A DNA stretch of 64,000 bases from an uncultured beta proteobacterium (GCA_903930255.1 CAIYYA010000036.1:6981-70980), one strand, 5' to 3'. Shown: positions 39,063 through 49,804, numbered from the stretch's first letter. The notes: generated by a model not told the origin, from the letters alone. A program made the numbers and translations.

Positions 39063-40001
39063 TTGATTTCAAGCTCTGCAACAGATTTGACCTCCAACTA
39101 TGCCGGCGCTTTGCTGGCTGCGCAAAAAGCTTGCGCGAGCCAGAATTATCCGCGGTCGGCTCTTTACGTGGTGGCGACTCCAATTGGCAACTTGGCAGAC
39201 ATCAGCCTGCGCGCACTTCAGGTGCTGCAACTGGCGGATGTAGTTGCTTGCGAAGATACCCGGCATACCCAAGCCATGCTGCGCGCTTATGGAATTGACA
39301 AGTCAGCAGCCCAATTGCTGGCTGTGCATCAGCATAACGAAGCACAGGCTGCTCAGACAGTGCTGGTGCGTTTGCTGGATGGCTTGCGCGTTGCTTATGT
39401 GAGTGATGCCGGCACGCCAGCCGTGAGCGACCCGGGTGCGCGTTTGGTGGCGCTGGTGCGTGCGGGGAATTTTTTGGTGGTGCCTTTGCCCGGTGCCAGT
39501 AGTGTGACCACGGTTTTAAGTGCCGCCGGTATCGCCACCGATGCCAATACCCAAGGGTTTATATTTGCCGGTTTTTTATCCAATAAATCGACCGAACGCG
39601 CCCACGAGGTGCAAGCGTTGGCATTGGAGACGCGTGCCATTGTGTTGTTGGAAGCACCGCACCGCATCGAGGCACTGGCACTGGCGCTTGGCATATTGGG
39701 CAGTCGGCTCGTGACGGTTGGGCGCGAATTGACCAAGCAGTTTGAAGAAATTGCCACCGTCTGTGCCAGCGACTTGGCGGGGTGGTTGGCGCAGGATGCC
39801 AATCGTTTGCGGGGTGAATTTGCGCTGGTGTTACACCCCGCACCCGTAGCAGCCGAGCGTGGGGCGGATACGCGTATTTTGCAATTGCTGCTGGCTGAGT
39901 TGCCGCTGAAAACAGCTGTCAAGTTGGCAGCAGACATCACCGGTGAGCCGCGCAATGCGCTGTATGCCTTGGCATTGCAACTGAAAAAACCAGAAGCCTG
40001 A
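39063..40001 (+). CDS. rsmI: 16S rRNA C1402 2'-O-methyltransferase RsmI
   Basis: LYVVATPIGNL.D, ACEDTR, SDAGTP..SDPG, RELTK.FE. Confidence 0.95.
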   Translation: MISSSATDLTSNYAGALLAAQKACASQNYPRSALYVVATPIGNLADISLRALQVLQLADVVACEDTRHTQAMLRAYGIDKSAAQLLAVHQHNEAQAAQTVLVRLLDGLRVAYVSDAGTPAVSDPGARLVALVRAGNFLVVPLPGASSVTTVLSAAGIATDANTQGFIFAGFLSNKSTERAHEVQALALETRAIVLLEAPHRIEALALALGILGSRLVTVGRELTKQFEEIATVCASDLAGWLAQDANRLRGEFALVLHPAPVAAERGADTRILQLLLAELPLKTAVKLAADITGEPRNALYALALQLKKPEA

Positions 40002-40880
40002 CTATTTGGGTTTTTCGGCGCGGTTAAACAAGGGCATCACTTTAGGCAAATTGGCCTGAATGTCGGCGATACGGGTGTTGCCTGATGGGTGTGTAGAGAG
40101 CCACTGGGGTGGTGCTCCTTTACTGGCTGCTGCCATTTTTTGCCACAGTGAAACGCCAGCCCGTGGGTCAAAACCCGCGCGTGCCGCGAGTTCCATGCCG
40201 ACCAGATCGGCCTCTGACTCGTCGCTGCGGCTGAATTGCAGGGTGAGCAGTTGAGCGCCGTAGTTGGTGACCGTCTGGCCTAGCTGACCCAGCCCCAGCG
40301 CGCTGCTAAGCAGACTTGCACCGACGTTGGTTGCAGTGTTTTTGCCCATGCGCTCACGCGCGTGCTCACGCAGTGCATGGGCGACTTCGTGCCCCATGAC
40401 CGTGGCTACCTCATCGTCACTGAGTTTGAGTTGGTCGAGGATGCCGGTATAAAAAGCGATCTTGCCGCCTGGCATGCAAAAGGCGTTGATCTGTTTGCTG
40501 CCGATCAGGTTGACCTCCCAGCGCCAGTTTGGGGCACGTGGGTTCCAGCCCAGCGCATTCGGAATAATCTGCTTGGCGATGGCACGCAGGCGTTTGACCT
40601 GAGCATGATCTGCACCAGCCAAGGCATTCTTGGCAGCGGCCTGCTGCAGCATTTGGGCGTATTGTTGGGCTGCAGATTGTTCGATTTGCTCGGCAGAAAC
40701 CAGCTTGCTAAAAACCGAGTTGCCACCGACATCGACACCTTCACGCGCCCAGGCAGACGAAGTGAGCGCGCCAGGCAGACTCATGAGCAAGGCAATCTGG
40801 CGCAGTGCCGGGCGCCGCTGACAGCAAGCGCATCCAGGCTGCAGCAGCGGTGCTGCGTTGATTGCGTTTATTTGATGCAT
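40002..40880 (-). CDS. M48 family zinc metallopeptidase
   Basis: INAFCMPGG, HEVAH, SRSDESEAD, STHP. Confidence 0.92.
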   Translation of the reverse strand: MHQINAINAAPLLQPGCACCQRRPALRQIALLMSLPGALTSSAWAREGVDVGGNSVFSKLVSAEQIEQSAAQQYAQMLQQAAAKNALAGADHAQVKRLRAIAKQIIPNALGWNPRAPNWRWEVNLIGSKQINAFCMPGGKIAFYTGILDQLKLSDDEVATVMGHEVAHALREHARERMGKNTATNVGASLLSSALGLGQLGQTVTNYGAQLLTLQFSRSDESEADLVGMELAARAGFDPRAGVSLWQKMAAASKGAPPQWLSTHPSGNTRIADIQANLPKVMPLFNRAEKPK

Positions 40881-43249
40881 ACCGAGCGCACCATTTTGAG
40901 ATCGGTTAGACCCATCATGACTTTTTCCATACCATCCATTTTGAGGGTGCGCATGCCACCTTCAACAGCAGCAGCAAAAATTTCGGCGACACGAGCGCGC
41001 TCCTGGATGAGTTTTTTGATGCCTTCGTCGGCGATCAGTAACTCATGCAAGCCAACGCGCCCTTTGTAGCCAGTTTTATTGCATTTGTCGCAACCCACAT
41101 GCCGGTAAAACTTGAGCTGACCAGCCTCGCCATAGGTGCTTTGCCAGCTCGCGATGAGTTTGGCCATTTCGCCTTGGTAATCGGCTTTCCAAACTACAGA
41201 ATGGCGCAACTCCTCCGCGTATTCCGCCGCAAATAAGCGCAACTCTTCGGCATCGGGCACATAGGCTTCCTTGCAGGCGCACAGGCGTTTGGCCAGACGT
41301 TGCGCCAGAATGCCCAGGAGTGCATCGGCAAAATTGAACGGATCCATGCCCATGTCGAGCAAGCGAGTAATGGATTCTGGCGCCGAATTGGTGTGCAAGG
41401 TTGAAAAAACCAGGTGACCTGTGAGCGAGGCCTCTACCCCCATCGACACGGTTTCTTTGTCGCGCGATTCACCCACCATGATGATGTCGGGGTCAGCCCG
41501 CAAAAAAGCGCGCATCACCAGTGCAAAGTCGATGCCGGCTTTTTTGTTGATCTGCACCTGACGCAGACCTTTCTGGGTAATTTCAACCGGGTCTTCGGCT
41601 GTCCAGATTTTGGTGTCTGGGGTGTTGAGGTGTTTCAACACCGAGTGCAGGGTGGTGGTTTTGCCCGAGCCTGTGGGGCCGCACACGTAAAACAGCCCAT
41701 AAGGTTTTTCGATGGTTTTTATCACACGGTCTTTGTTGTGTGGGGTTAGACCGAGTTTGTCCAGAGGGATGGGTTCGCCAGCGGCCAAAATCCGCATGAC
41801 CACGTCTTCCACGCCGCCTGCTGAAGGGATGGTGGCCACGCGCAACTCGATGTCGATGGGGCCGTATTTTTTGAACTTAATCTTGCCGTCCTGTGGTTTA
41901 CGGCGTTCGGAAATATCCAGATCGCACATGATTTTTAGACGGGTCACCATGGCCTGACGAAAATGTGCTGGCACTTCAATGTAAGGTTGCAGGGAACCAT
42001 CAATGCGAAAGCGGATGCCAGTTTTGAGCTTGCCTGGCATGGGTTCGATGTGAATGTCAGACACGCCTTGGTGGTAGGCATCGATGATCACTTTGTTGAC
42101 GAATTTGACCAGTTCGTTGTCGGCAGCAGCAGATTCCAGCGAATCTTCGCTTGAGCCGTCATCGATGGGTGCGCTGTCCATGTCGGCGAGCAGTTCGTCA
42201 ATACTCGTTCCGATGGCTTCGAGGCCAAATATTTTGGCCAGAGTGTCTTTGAAATCGGTGAGTGTGGTCACCCGATAAGAAAACTTTGGAAACTTGGAGA
42301 ACACTTGAGGAACGACGCGTGAACTGCGCACGGCTTCCGGGTCGAGACACATCACGACCAGACCGGCGGGCGAATCTTCCAGAGGAATCCAGCCCTGTTG
42401 TTCAATAAATTCGCGCTTCAAGGCACCATGCAGGGTTTCTGAGCGCATCAGGCTGGCGCTGAAAGGTTCGTAGGGAACGCCAAAAAACTTCGCCAGTGAC
42501 GGTCCAATCTGCGCAGGGCGCACCTGAAACTGGGCGATCAGCACGCTTTCAACCGTCTGACCCAGGCTACGTGCTTCTTGCAGGCAATGCTGTAGTTCAT
42601 CTGCGCTCATGACGCCATTGGTCACCAATGCGTCGTATTTGGTGACCATGCGCCGCACGCTTTCTTCTTCTTTGCGGATGCGGTGGCGTATCGCGGTGGC
42701 CAAAGTTTTGCAAAGTTGCGTGACGCCCTCGACTTCAAGATCGCCAAAAGCACGGTCACTTTTATTGTTGATGATTTGCAGTACCCCATACAGGGTATCG
42801 CCCTCCAAAATAGGCGATACCAGCATTTGCCGGGTGCGGTAACCCGAGCGTTTGTCGACTTCTTTTAAGAATGTCAGCGAGGGATGCACGAGTTTGAGTG
42901 CCTCCTCGTCGTAAACGTCGGTTAAATTTACCAAAGAACGGCTAAAAGCGGCGTAACCGGCAATGCTTTGCGGTGTGATCGGAAGCTTCAGGTCGCGGCT
43001 GCTGTTGAGTCCGGTTTTAACTTTCGAGATGATGGCATTTTTTTCTTCGTTGACGACATACAAAGTCAGTCGATCTGCGTTGAATAATTTGCAGATATCA
43101 GCGCTTGACTCGAGCATGATTTGCTCAATGTTGTCGGTTTCGTGAATGCGCGCCGTTACCTGCTGCAACTGCTTGTAAAACAGCGCCTCGAACGTCATGC
43201 CAATTCGGTCGGGACTGTGGTGTTTGCTCGTCGGAACTGTTGTCATCAT
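40868..43249 (-). CDS. GAF-domain GspE/PilB-family assembly ATPase
   Basis: N-terminal GAF (SIAGY, DVY..., VDKRSGYRT, QIINNK...F...E); SDIHIEP, PQDG, GPTGSGKTTTL, LRADPD, STLHTN, Zn-binding Cys pairs. Confidence 0.92.
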   Translation of the reverse strand: MMTTVPTSKHHSPDRIGMTFEALFYKQLQQVTARIHETDNIEQIMLESSADICKLFNADRLTLYVVNEEKNAIISKVKTGLNSSRDLKLPITPQSIAGYAAFSRSLVNLTDVYDEEALKLVHPSLTFLKEVDKRSGYRTRQMLVSPILEGDTLYGVLQIINNKSDRAFGDLEVEGVTQLCKTLATAIRHRIRKEEESVRRMVTKYDALVTNGVMSADELQHCLQEARSLGQTVESVLIAQFQVRPAQIGPSLAKFFGVPYEPFSASLMRSETLHGALKREFIEQQGWIPLEDSPAGLVVMCLDPEAVRSSRVVPQVFSKFPKFSYRVTTLTDFKDTLAKIFGLEAIGTSIDELLADMDSAPIDDGSSEDSLESAAADNELVKFVNKVIIDAYHQGVSDIHIEPMPGKLKTGIRFRIDGSLQPYIEVPAHFRQAMVTRLKIMCDLDISERRKPQDGKIKFKKYGPIDIELRVATIPSAGGVEDVVMRILAAGEPIPLDKLGLTPHNKDRVIKTIEKPYGLFYVCGPTGSGKTTTLHSVLKHLNTPDTKIWTAEDPVEITQKGLRQVQINKKAGIDFALVMRAFLRADPDIIMVGESRDKETVSMGVEASLTGHLVFSTLHTNSAPESITRLLDMGMDPFNFADALLGILAQRLAKRLCACKEAYVPDAEELRLFAAEYAEELRHSVVWKADYQGEMAKLIASWQSTYGEAGQLKFYRHVGCDKCNKTGYKGRVGLHELLIADEGIKKLIQERARVAEIFAAAVEGGMRTLKMDGMEKVMMGLTDLKMVRSVCIK

Positions 43250-45495
43250 CACTTGCTCTCAAAATTGGTGGCTCCGTCCCAGAGCGGGTCGAAGCTTTGC
43301 GTTTTTTTCTCTACGATACGCTGTTGGTAAAGTTTGTAGAGATTTTTTTTGTTATTGATTTGCAGTAGTTGATCGATCAATTCGGCACTTTGCTGCCAAT
43401 TCTGTGATCGGTAAATGGTCAAAAAAGTTTCCCAAAGCTTGAGCTCTTGGCTGATAGGTGTCGGAGGCAGCGGCATTTCTGCGATTGGAGCAAAAATGGT
43501 GATGGCTTGTTCTTTGCCTTTGACGCGAACCCGGTCGAGCTCTTGCCATATGAAATTGCTGGCCAATTGCCGCGTGCTTTCGCTTGCCACGATGCTGACG
43601 CCATAAATCTTGGACAAACCTTCCAGACGGGATCCCAGGTTAACGGCATCGCCGATGACGGTGTAACTGCGCCTGATGTCAGAGCCCATGTCTCCGACAT
43701 ACATTTGACCGGTGTTCAAACCAATGCCGAGTTCGATTTTGAGCTGATGGTGTGCCAGTGAACCCGATTGGTGGGTTTGGTTGATACGCTCAAGGGCATC
43801 GGCCATTTGTAGCGCCGCTTTGACTGCCAGTTGGGCGTGTGTGGGCGACTCGACGGGGGCACCCCAAAATGCCATTACACAATCGCCCATGTATTTGTCA
43901 ACTGTGCCGCGATTTGCGCCAATCAAGCGAGTCAATTCACTGAACACCTGGTTGAGAAAACGCTGCAAATCCTCAGGACTGAGTCGCTCCGCCAAGCTGG
44001 TGAAGCCGCGCATATCGCAAAACATCACGGTTAGCTCATCGCTGCGCGCGCGCATAGTGTAGTGTCCGGGGTCTTTGATCATTTCGCGAACCAACTCGGG
44101 CGGAACGTAGGTGCCAAACAACTGTATCAACTCGCGCCGCGATCGACTGGCTGCCAGGTAACCATAAGCAATGTTCAGGGCATAGATGCCGATCACAGCG
44201 ATCAGCAAGGCAGCCACCTGGAGCACCAGGCCATGGGCAACGTAAAGCCAACTGTTGAACGTCATCAAGGCAGCCAATACCGGTATGCTCGATGCAACTG
44301 CCGTTGGCGCGCTAATGAGTGGCAAAAGCAAACTCAGTGTTAATCCAATCGCAAGCAACAATACAAACTCGTAACTCGTGGCATGGGCCGGGCGTTGTAA
44401 AAACTGCCGATCGAGCAAATTAGACAACGCGTTGGCCTGCACTTCAATGCCCGGATAAACCGCATCGATGGGTGACACGCGCAAATCGACGATGCCGGGA
44501 GCCGTGGTGCCGATGAGGATGATTTTTCCTTTTAACTGGTCAGTTGGCACGCGCCCAGCCAAAAGGTCGCTCGCCGAGATATATTGAAACGAGTTGGCAT
44601 GCACGCCGCCATGCCCTCGATACGTAATAAGCATCGCCATGCGTGGATCTGCCGGAATACTAAAAGTCTGCCCAGGCCAGCGCAGGACGATTTGTTCTGA
44701 TGCGCTCTGGGTTGCCGAATGCGCGTCTGTCGTGACGCTGGGCATGCCAGTAAATTGCCGAAACAGCGCCAGATAAAGAGACTCGTAATAATTGCCGTTA
44801 AATCGAGCCAAGAGCGGTAGTGCGCGCACGACCCCATCGGATTCAGTGAAAGAATTAAAAAATCCAGCCATAGACGCTGCTTTTGTTAATTGACTGATAT
44901 TGGCACCAAACCCGGTCCAGTCGGGTAAATCCGAATGCTGGGCTGCCCTATCAGCTTGCTGCATCACGGGATTGGGCAGCACACCGTGTTTTTGCCCTGC
45001 CTGGTCTGTGGTGAAATAGTAGCCCAAAACAATCGGTCGTTGGCTTAGCGCTTTGGCAAAAAGGGCGTCGTAGTCCAGACTCGGCGCAATTTGTGCCAGA
45101 CGGGCGCTAAAGCCTGGATCATCATGAAAGTCCAGCTTGGCCAGGCGCTGCAGGTGCGTTAGCCCTGAGCTTTCGTCCGACTCGGCAAACACCACATCAA
45201 AGCCGATCAAGGCCACCTGTTGTTGCTCGAACAACAAGTTGGTGAGCTGGGCCATTTTGTGGCGCGACCAAGGCCAGCGGCCAATTTCAGCCAAGCTTTT
45301 TTCATCGATATCGACGATAACGATGCGCGGGTCGAGCGTCTGTGGCATGGTCCAGCGCATGCGTGCATCGTAAATTAGCGCATCAAGCTGTTCGAAAACA
45401 CCGATTTTAGGCAGGCTTAGGGTGTGTAGGATGGTGACCAAGAGGGGAAGCAATGACAGCATAATTGGCCGCCAGTGTCGCCGCAGGTAGCGCAT
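43249..45495 (-). CDS. CHASE2-domain membrane class III adenylate cyclase
   Basis: IVIVDIDEKSL..IGRWPWSR (CHASE2); MFCDMRGFT, DKYMGD, YTVIGDAVNLGSRLE. The K/T specificity residues point to ATP. Confidence 0.9.
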   Translation of the reverse strand: MRYLRRHWRPIMLSLLPLLVTILHTLSLPKIGVFEQLDALIYDARMRWTMPQTLDPRIVIVDIDEKSLAEIGRWPWSRHKMAQLTNLLFEQQQVALIGFDVVFAESDESSGLTHLQRLAKLDFHDDPGFSARLAQIAPSLDYDALFAKALSQRPIVLGYYFTTDQAGQKHGVLPNPVMQQADRAAQHSDLPDWTGFGANISQLTKAASMAGFFNSFTESDGVVRALPLLARFNGNYYESLYLALFRQFTGMPSVTTDAHSATQSASEQIVLRWPGQTFSIPADPRMAMLITYRGHGGVHANSFQYISASDLLAGRVPTDQLKGKIILIGTTAPGIVDLRVSPIDAVYPGIEVQANALSNLLDRQFLQRPAHATSYEFVLLLAIGLTLSLLLPLISAPTAVASSIPVLAALMTFNSWLYVAHGLVLQVAALLIAVIGIYALNIAYGYLAASRSRRELIQLFGTYVPPELVREMIKDPGHYTMRARSDELTVMFCDMRGFTSLAERLSPEDLQRFLNQVFSELTRLIGANRGTVDKYMGDCVMAFWGAPVESPTHAQLAVKAALQMADALERINQTHQSGSLAHHQLKIELGIGLNTGQMYVGDMGSDIRRSYTVIGDAVNLGSRLEGLSKIYGVSIVASESTRQLASNFIWQELDRVRVKGKEQAITIFAPIAEMPLPPTPISQELKLWETFLTIYRSQNWQQSAELIDQLLQINNKKNLYKLYQQRIVEKKTQSFDPLWDGATNFESK

Positions 45496-45538
45496 TGGCT
45501 GCTGTCAAGTTGGTGCTGTGAACAAGCTTGGCACGTAG

Positions 45539-46186
45539 TCAGGGCTGCAAAAACTGCATTTGAGTGCCAGCCAAAACAATTTGATCACCATGTTTTAACG
45601 GAACTGGTTCTGTGCCAACGGCGACACCATTAAGAAAGGGTTGATCAATGCCCTCGACGTGGTGAACCAGAAACTGGTGGGGTCTGCGGGTAATGGCTGC
45701 AACTGCTACCCCGGGTTTACCGAAGGTGGTGACAACTTTCGTCAGTGGTAGCTCCCGGCCTGCGGCGGCACCTGACAAAACCTTGATCGAACCGATTAAT
45801 TCTGTCGGATGATGTGCGGAGTCGTGCTGCACAGGTGCCGCTACAGCTGCGGCTGGTCGCGGACGAATGATCATGGTTTTTTCATAATCGTTACCCGGCG
45901 CATGGTCTTCAAATCTGATTTTGAATTTGCCGATTTCAATCACATCATCGTGCTGCAGAACCTGTTTTTTGATGGTTTTGCCGTTGACGTAGGTTCCGTT
46001 TGTGCTGCCCAAGTCTTCGACCAGCACCTGTGAGCCTAGCAGTGTCAGCGCAGCGTGTTCGCCACTGACGGCCAGGTTTTCAATCACGATGTCGTTATAG
46101 GGTCGACGACCCAATGATGTGCGGTCTTTGCTTAGCTCGATTTCCTTGATGACAACACCATCAAGCGACAAAATTACTTTTGGCAT
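45539..46186 (-). CDS. Double FHA-domain protein
   Basis: GRR..NDI, VSGEHA, DLGSTNGT; second degenerate FHA at the C-terminus. Confidence 0.9.
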   Translation of the reverse strand: MPKVILSLDGVVIKEIELSKDRTSLGRRPYNDIVIENLAVSGEHAALTLLGSQVLVEDLGSTNGTYVNGKTIKKQVLQHDDVIEIGKFKIRFEDHAPGNDYEKTMIIRPRPAAAVAAPVQHDSAHHPTELIGSIKVLSGAAAGRELPLTKVVTTFGKPGVAVAAITRRPHQFLVHHVEGIDQPFLNGVAVGTEPVPLKHGDQIVLAGTQMQFLQP

Positions 46187-46230
46187 GACTGCCTCCTGTT
46201 GTACAAATAGGCCAGCGTAGGACGCATGGA

Positions 46231-47031
46231 TCAAGGTTTGTTTGATGCACTACCGAATAAACGTGAGAGCAGACCCGGTTTGTCGGATGGTGCTTTCGCC
46301 TGAGTCAATAAAACGGTGATGTTATCGCGTCCACCACCCATATTGGCTTTTGCAATCAAGTTGGCAGCGATTTGAGTCAAACTTTCCTCTGTGCCGATGA
46401 TTTCAGCGATGGTGGCATCTTTCACCATGTCGGTCAAACCGTCTGAGCACATCAGATACAGGTCATTGACTTCAATGTCGTGGGTATGGATTTCAACTTC
46501 TGTTGTGGACTCCACACCAATGGCGCGTGTCAGCAAGTTTTTTCCGGGTGCCGTTGCTGCCTGTTCAACGGTTAGCAAGCCCGCATCGACTTGCTCTTGC
46601 AACATGGAATGGTCTTTGGTGATCTGGGTCAGGATGCCTTTGCGCAGACGATAACAGCGCGAGTCGCCGACATGGCCCAGCACCAAATGATGACCCTGAA
46701 AAACGCCAAGCACCAAAGTAGTCCCCATGCCGGCATAGCTGGGGTTGGATGTGGCCGCATTAAAAATCGACAGATTGGTTTTTTTGACGCAGAGCTCCAT
46801 GGCCCGGCTAATTTCGCTGGGACTGGGGGCATGTGAGCCGCTGCTGAGCCAACGCGCTAACTCGGATTTGATGAAAGTGGTCGCCATGCCGCTGGCAATT
46901 TCACCGGCGTTGTAGCCGCCCATGCCATCGGCAAGCACGGCGACTCCACAATTGGGGTCAAAAAGGGCGGCATCTTCGTTGTTGCTTCGAACCATGCCCG
47001 GGTGGGTTTGTGCGCTGTAGGAGTAGTTCAT
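46231..47031 (-). CDS. PP2C-family Ser/Thr phosphatase (Stp1-like)
   Basis: RSNNED, ADGMGG, GTT, HVGDSR, CSDGL, GGRDNIT. Confidence 0.95.
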   Translation of the reverse strand: MNYSYSAQTHPGMVRSNNEDAALFDPNCGVAVLADGMGGYNAGEIASGMATTFIKSELARWLSSGSHAPSPSEISRAMELCVKKTNLSIFNAATSNPSYAGMGTTLVLGVFQGHHLVLGHVGDSRCYRLRKGILTQITKDHSMLQEQVDAGLLTVEQAATAPGKNLLTRAIGVESTTEVEIHTHDIEVNDLYLMCSDGLTDMVKDATIAEIIGTEESLTQIAANLIAKANMGGGRDNITVLLTQAKAPSDKPGLLSRLFGSASNKP

Positions 47032-47039
47032 GTTCGCAA

Positions 47040-49733
47040 TTAGAGTTCAAAGTCGGGAGCTGCAGGGTCGGACAACGCTGTACTGCTCGCTGCCGTGCTG
47101 ATTTTGGTGGTTTTGTCGAAGTCAGCTGCGGCAAAGGCGGTTGTCGCTGCAAAAGCCAGTGTTTTCTCGGCGTTTCTATTGTCTGTGGGTGGGGGTGTTG
47201 GAGGGATTGCTGCTGAAGGATGGTCTTTTTGTGTCGCCGACTGAAGTAGGTCTTGCGCGAAACGATCGCCGTCTTGGTAGCGCGTTTGCGGGTCTTTGCT
47301 CATGGCTCGCGCCACCACGTCAGCCAGTGCAATTGATAATTCAGGGCGTATCTGTCGAATATCTGGCGCTGCTTCGTTGGCAATTTTGAACATCAGCTCG
47401 GCCATCGATTCTCCGCGAAATGGCAATACGCCAGTCAGTAACTGGAACAGCATGACGCCCAGTGAGTAGAGGTCTGAGCGGCCATCGACCTTTTTGCCTG
47501 ACAGCTGCTCGGGCGACATAAAGCTTGGTGTGCCTAGCACCAGACCCGTTTTGGTTTTGCTTGAGTCTGTGATGCGGGCAATGCCAAAGTCGGTCACCTT
47601 GACGGTATCGCTCTCCACGTCGTACATGATGTTGGCCGGTTTGATGTCGCGGTGCACTACGTGCGCTTTGTGAGCGTAGGTCAATGCTTGGGCTACCCGC
47701 GCAACCAGCGAAATCACGGTTGGCACTGGCAACAGATGTGCCGGCTTGCAATAAGGGGTGAGATCTTGTCCTTTGAGAAATTCCATGGCGATGTAGGCCA
47801 GATCGTGTTCTTCGCCCGCATCAAAAATTGTCACGATGTTTTGATGTTGCAAACGTCCGGCCGTTTCGGCTTCTCGGAAAAAGCGTTCGCGTGCATCCAC
47901 CAGTTCTGCGCCTTCAAATTCACTGCTCAAAGACATGGTTTTGATGGCGACAACACGGCCAATTTTTGGGTCTCTGCCCAAATAAACAACACCCATGGCA
48001 CCTTTGCCGAGCTCTTTTTCAACTTGGTAGCGACCCAGCATGGGTTTCTCAACGGCGCCACTGTCAAGCAGCATGGTGCCGCCGGGGTGTGAGCTGCCAC
48101 CACCCAAAATGATCGTTTCAGACAGGTTCTTGGCGCGGTTTAACTTGGCCTTGAGGTCTTTGTAGTTGGCGTTGTAGGCGGCCATGTGTTGATAGACCGC
48201 TTCAGCCTTGTTGAATTGACGCTTGCGTTCAAAGTCTAGGGCCAGGCTATACAGATTGCCCATCACGTCGTCGCCCATGGGCACCCGGCGAAAGCGATCA
48301 AACGCCATGTCAAGCTGCCCTTGCCCTTGTAAAGCCAAGCCCATCATACGGTTGGTTTCAGCGGATTCCTCGTCGGATTTAAGTTTGCCAGCTTCGGTTA
48401 TCAGAAAGCGTTTGGTAGTCAGTGCCAAGTGGCCAAAGAGCAATAAAGTTGCCGGAAACACGAGGTTCAGCCACATGGCTGCACCTGATAGCAAGATAAA
48501 TTCAGTTCCCAATAGGGCTGCAAACAAAACCAGGGTGGCTGTAGCTGCCACACCAGCTGATAAACGCGGAAGCAGACCGATGAGATAGGCGCAAATCAGC
48601 AGAAAAACTGCCCAGGATGCATAAGAAGCCCAACTTGGTTCGACGATGAAATGTTCATTGAGAATGCTTGAACTGATGTGTGCGATGGTTTGTGCCGGCG
48701 ATAGGCCGGGATCACCGGGAACTGGAAACTGAGTGCCAACACCTGCAGCGGTGGCGCCAATGATGACAATTTTGCCAGCGTATTTGGAGGCTGGGATTTT
48801 TCCGTTAATGACGTCGTAGAAAGAATCGACTGCAAAAGCGGGGCGACCATTACGAGCTTTGTAAAACTGCGGCAGCATCATCGCGTGGGCATTGGTTTTG
48901 ATGCGTAATTTGCCGATTTGAACAGACTGTCCAGGGTGCAGCTTGATGTCTGAGACGTTCAGGTTCAGGCTGTTCAGGGCTGCCAGCAAGGCGATTGAAG
49001 GCACAGCTTTGCCGTAATGATTGACCAGCAATGCTTCTTGCCGCAAGGCGCCATCAACGTCTTGAATCTGATTCAGATGCCCAACCCCGGCCGCCGCTTG
49101 TCCCAGGGCTGGCAGCGGTTCTTGAGCGCGAACGGCTGGTACTGAAAATCCGCTGTTTTCAGCGATGGTGTGTTTGAGTGCAAAGTCTGGCAGCGGGGTG
49201 TCAGGCTTTCCCAGTGGCTCGCCCAAGGTCAGAACTGATGGAAGTATGACATTGCCTGCATTTTGGATGCTTTTGGCTAGCAAGGTATCGGTGTCGAGCG
49301 CAGTTTCGGCCTGAGCGATCATTCCGAGTAGTTGCGCTTGTTCTTCGGTGGCGCCTTCTGCAGGCGTGTTGGCCGTCAATGCGCCCTTCATTTGACGAAT
49401 GAAATCGAGTCCGCGATCAACTTGGGGCTCAAAGAAAAAAGCTGTTTGAACAATGGTTTTTGCCTTGGCTGCCGCCAGCAGGTCAATCATTTTGGCGTGT
49501 ACATCGCGCGGCCATGGCCAGCGCCCCATGTTGGCAATGCTTTGGTCGTCAATGGCAATTACGGCAATTTGGCTGGAAGGATCCCGCGACGTGCTGGTGC
49601 TAGCATAGTCATAAAAGCGACGTTCCAAGGTTTCGATTGCGTCAGTTGAGAACTGCAGCGCCATCACCGCCAATATAACCAGAGCGCCTGCAAACGCGTC
49701 TGTGCGCCAAAATCTCGACGATTTGGAAGTCAT
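47040..49733 (-). CDS. CHASE2-domain Hanks-type Ser/Thr protein kinase
   Basis: CHASE2 (IAID..SI..MGRWPWPR), about 3 TM, TPR-like linker, GKGAMG, VAIK, HRDIKPAN, DFG, SPE. Confidence 0.93.
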   Translation of the reverse strand: MTSKSSRFWRTDAFAGALVILAVMALQFSTDAIETLERRFYDYASTSTSRDPSSQIAVIAIDDQSIANMGRWPWPRDVHAKMIDLLAAAKAKTIVQTAFFFEPQVDRGLDFIRQMKGALTANTPAEGATEEQAQLLGMIAQAETALDTDTLLAKSIQNAGNVILPSVLTLGEPLGKPDTPLPDFALKHTIAENSGFSVPAVRAQEPLPALGQAAAGVGHLNQIQDVDGALRQEALLVNHYGKAVPSIALLAALNSLNLNVSDIKLHPGQSVQIGKLRIKTNAHAMMLPQFYKARNGRPAFAVDSFYDVINGKIPASKYAGKIVIIGATAAGVGTQFPVPGDPGLSPAQTIAHISSSILNEHFIVEPSWASYASWAVFLLICAYLIGLLPRLSAGVAATATLVLFAALLGTEFILLSGAAMWLNLVFPATLLLFGHLALTTKRFLITEAGKLKSDEESAETNRMMGLALQGQGQLDMAFDRFRRVPMGDDVMGNLYSLALDFERKRQFNKAEAVYQHMAAYNANYKDLKAKLNRAKNLSETIILGGGSSHPGGTMLLDSGAVEKPMLGRYQVEKELGKGAMGVVYLGRDPKIGRVVAIKTMSLSSEFEGAELVDARERFFREAETAGRLQHQNIVTIFDAGEEHDLAYIAMEFLKGQDLTPYCKPAHLLPVPTVISLVARVAQALTYAHKAHVVHRDIKPANIMYDVESDTVKVTDFGIARITDSSKTKTGLVLGTPSFMSPEQLSGKKVDGRSDLYSLGVMLFQLLTGVLPFRGESMAELMFKIANEAAPDIRQIRPELSIALADVVARAMSKDPQTRYQDGDRFAQDLLQSATQKDHPSAAIPPTPPPTDNRNAEKTLAFAATTAFAAADFDKTTKISTAASSTALSDPAAPDFEL

Positions 49734-49804
49734 CACTATGGATTCTCCAGTTAAATCAGACGTCAATGCCAATCATTTTAAAACCACGGAGCGGCAGAAC
49801 CCTG

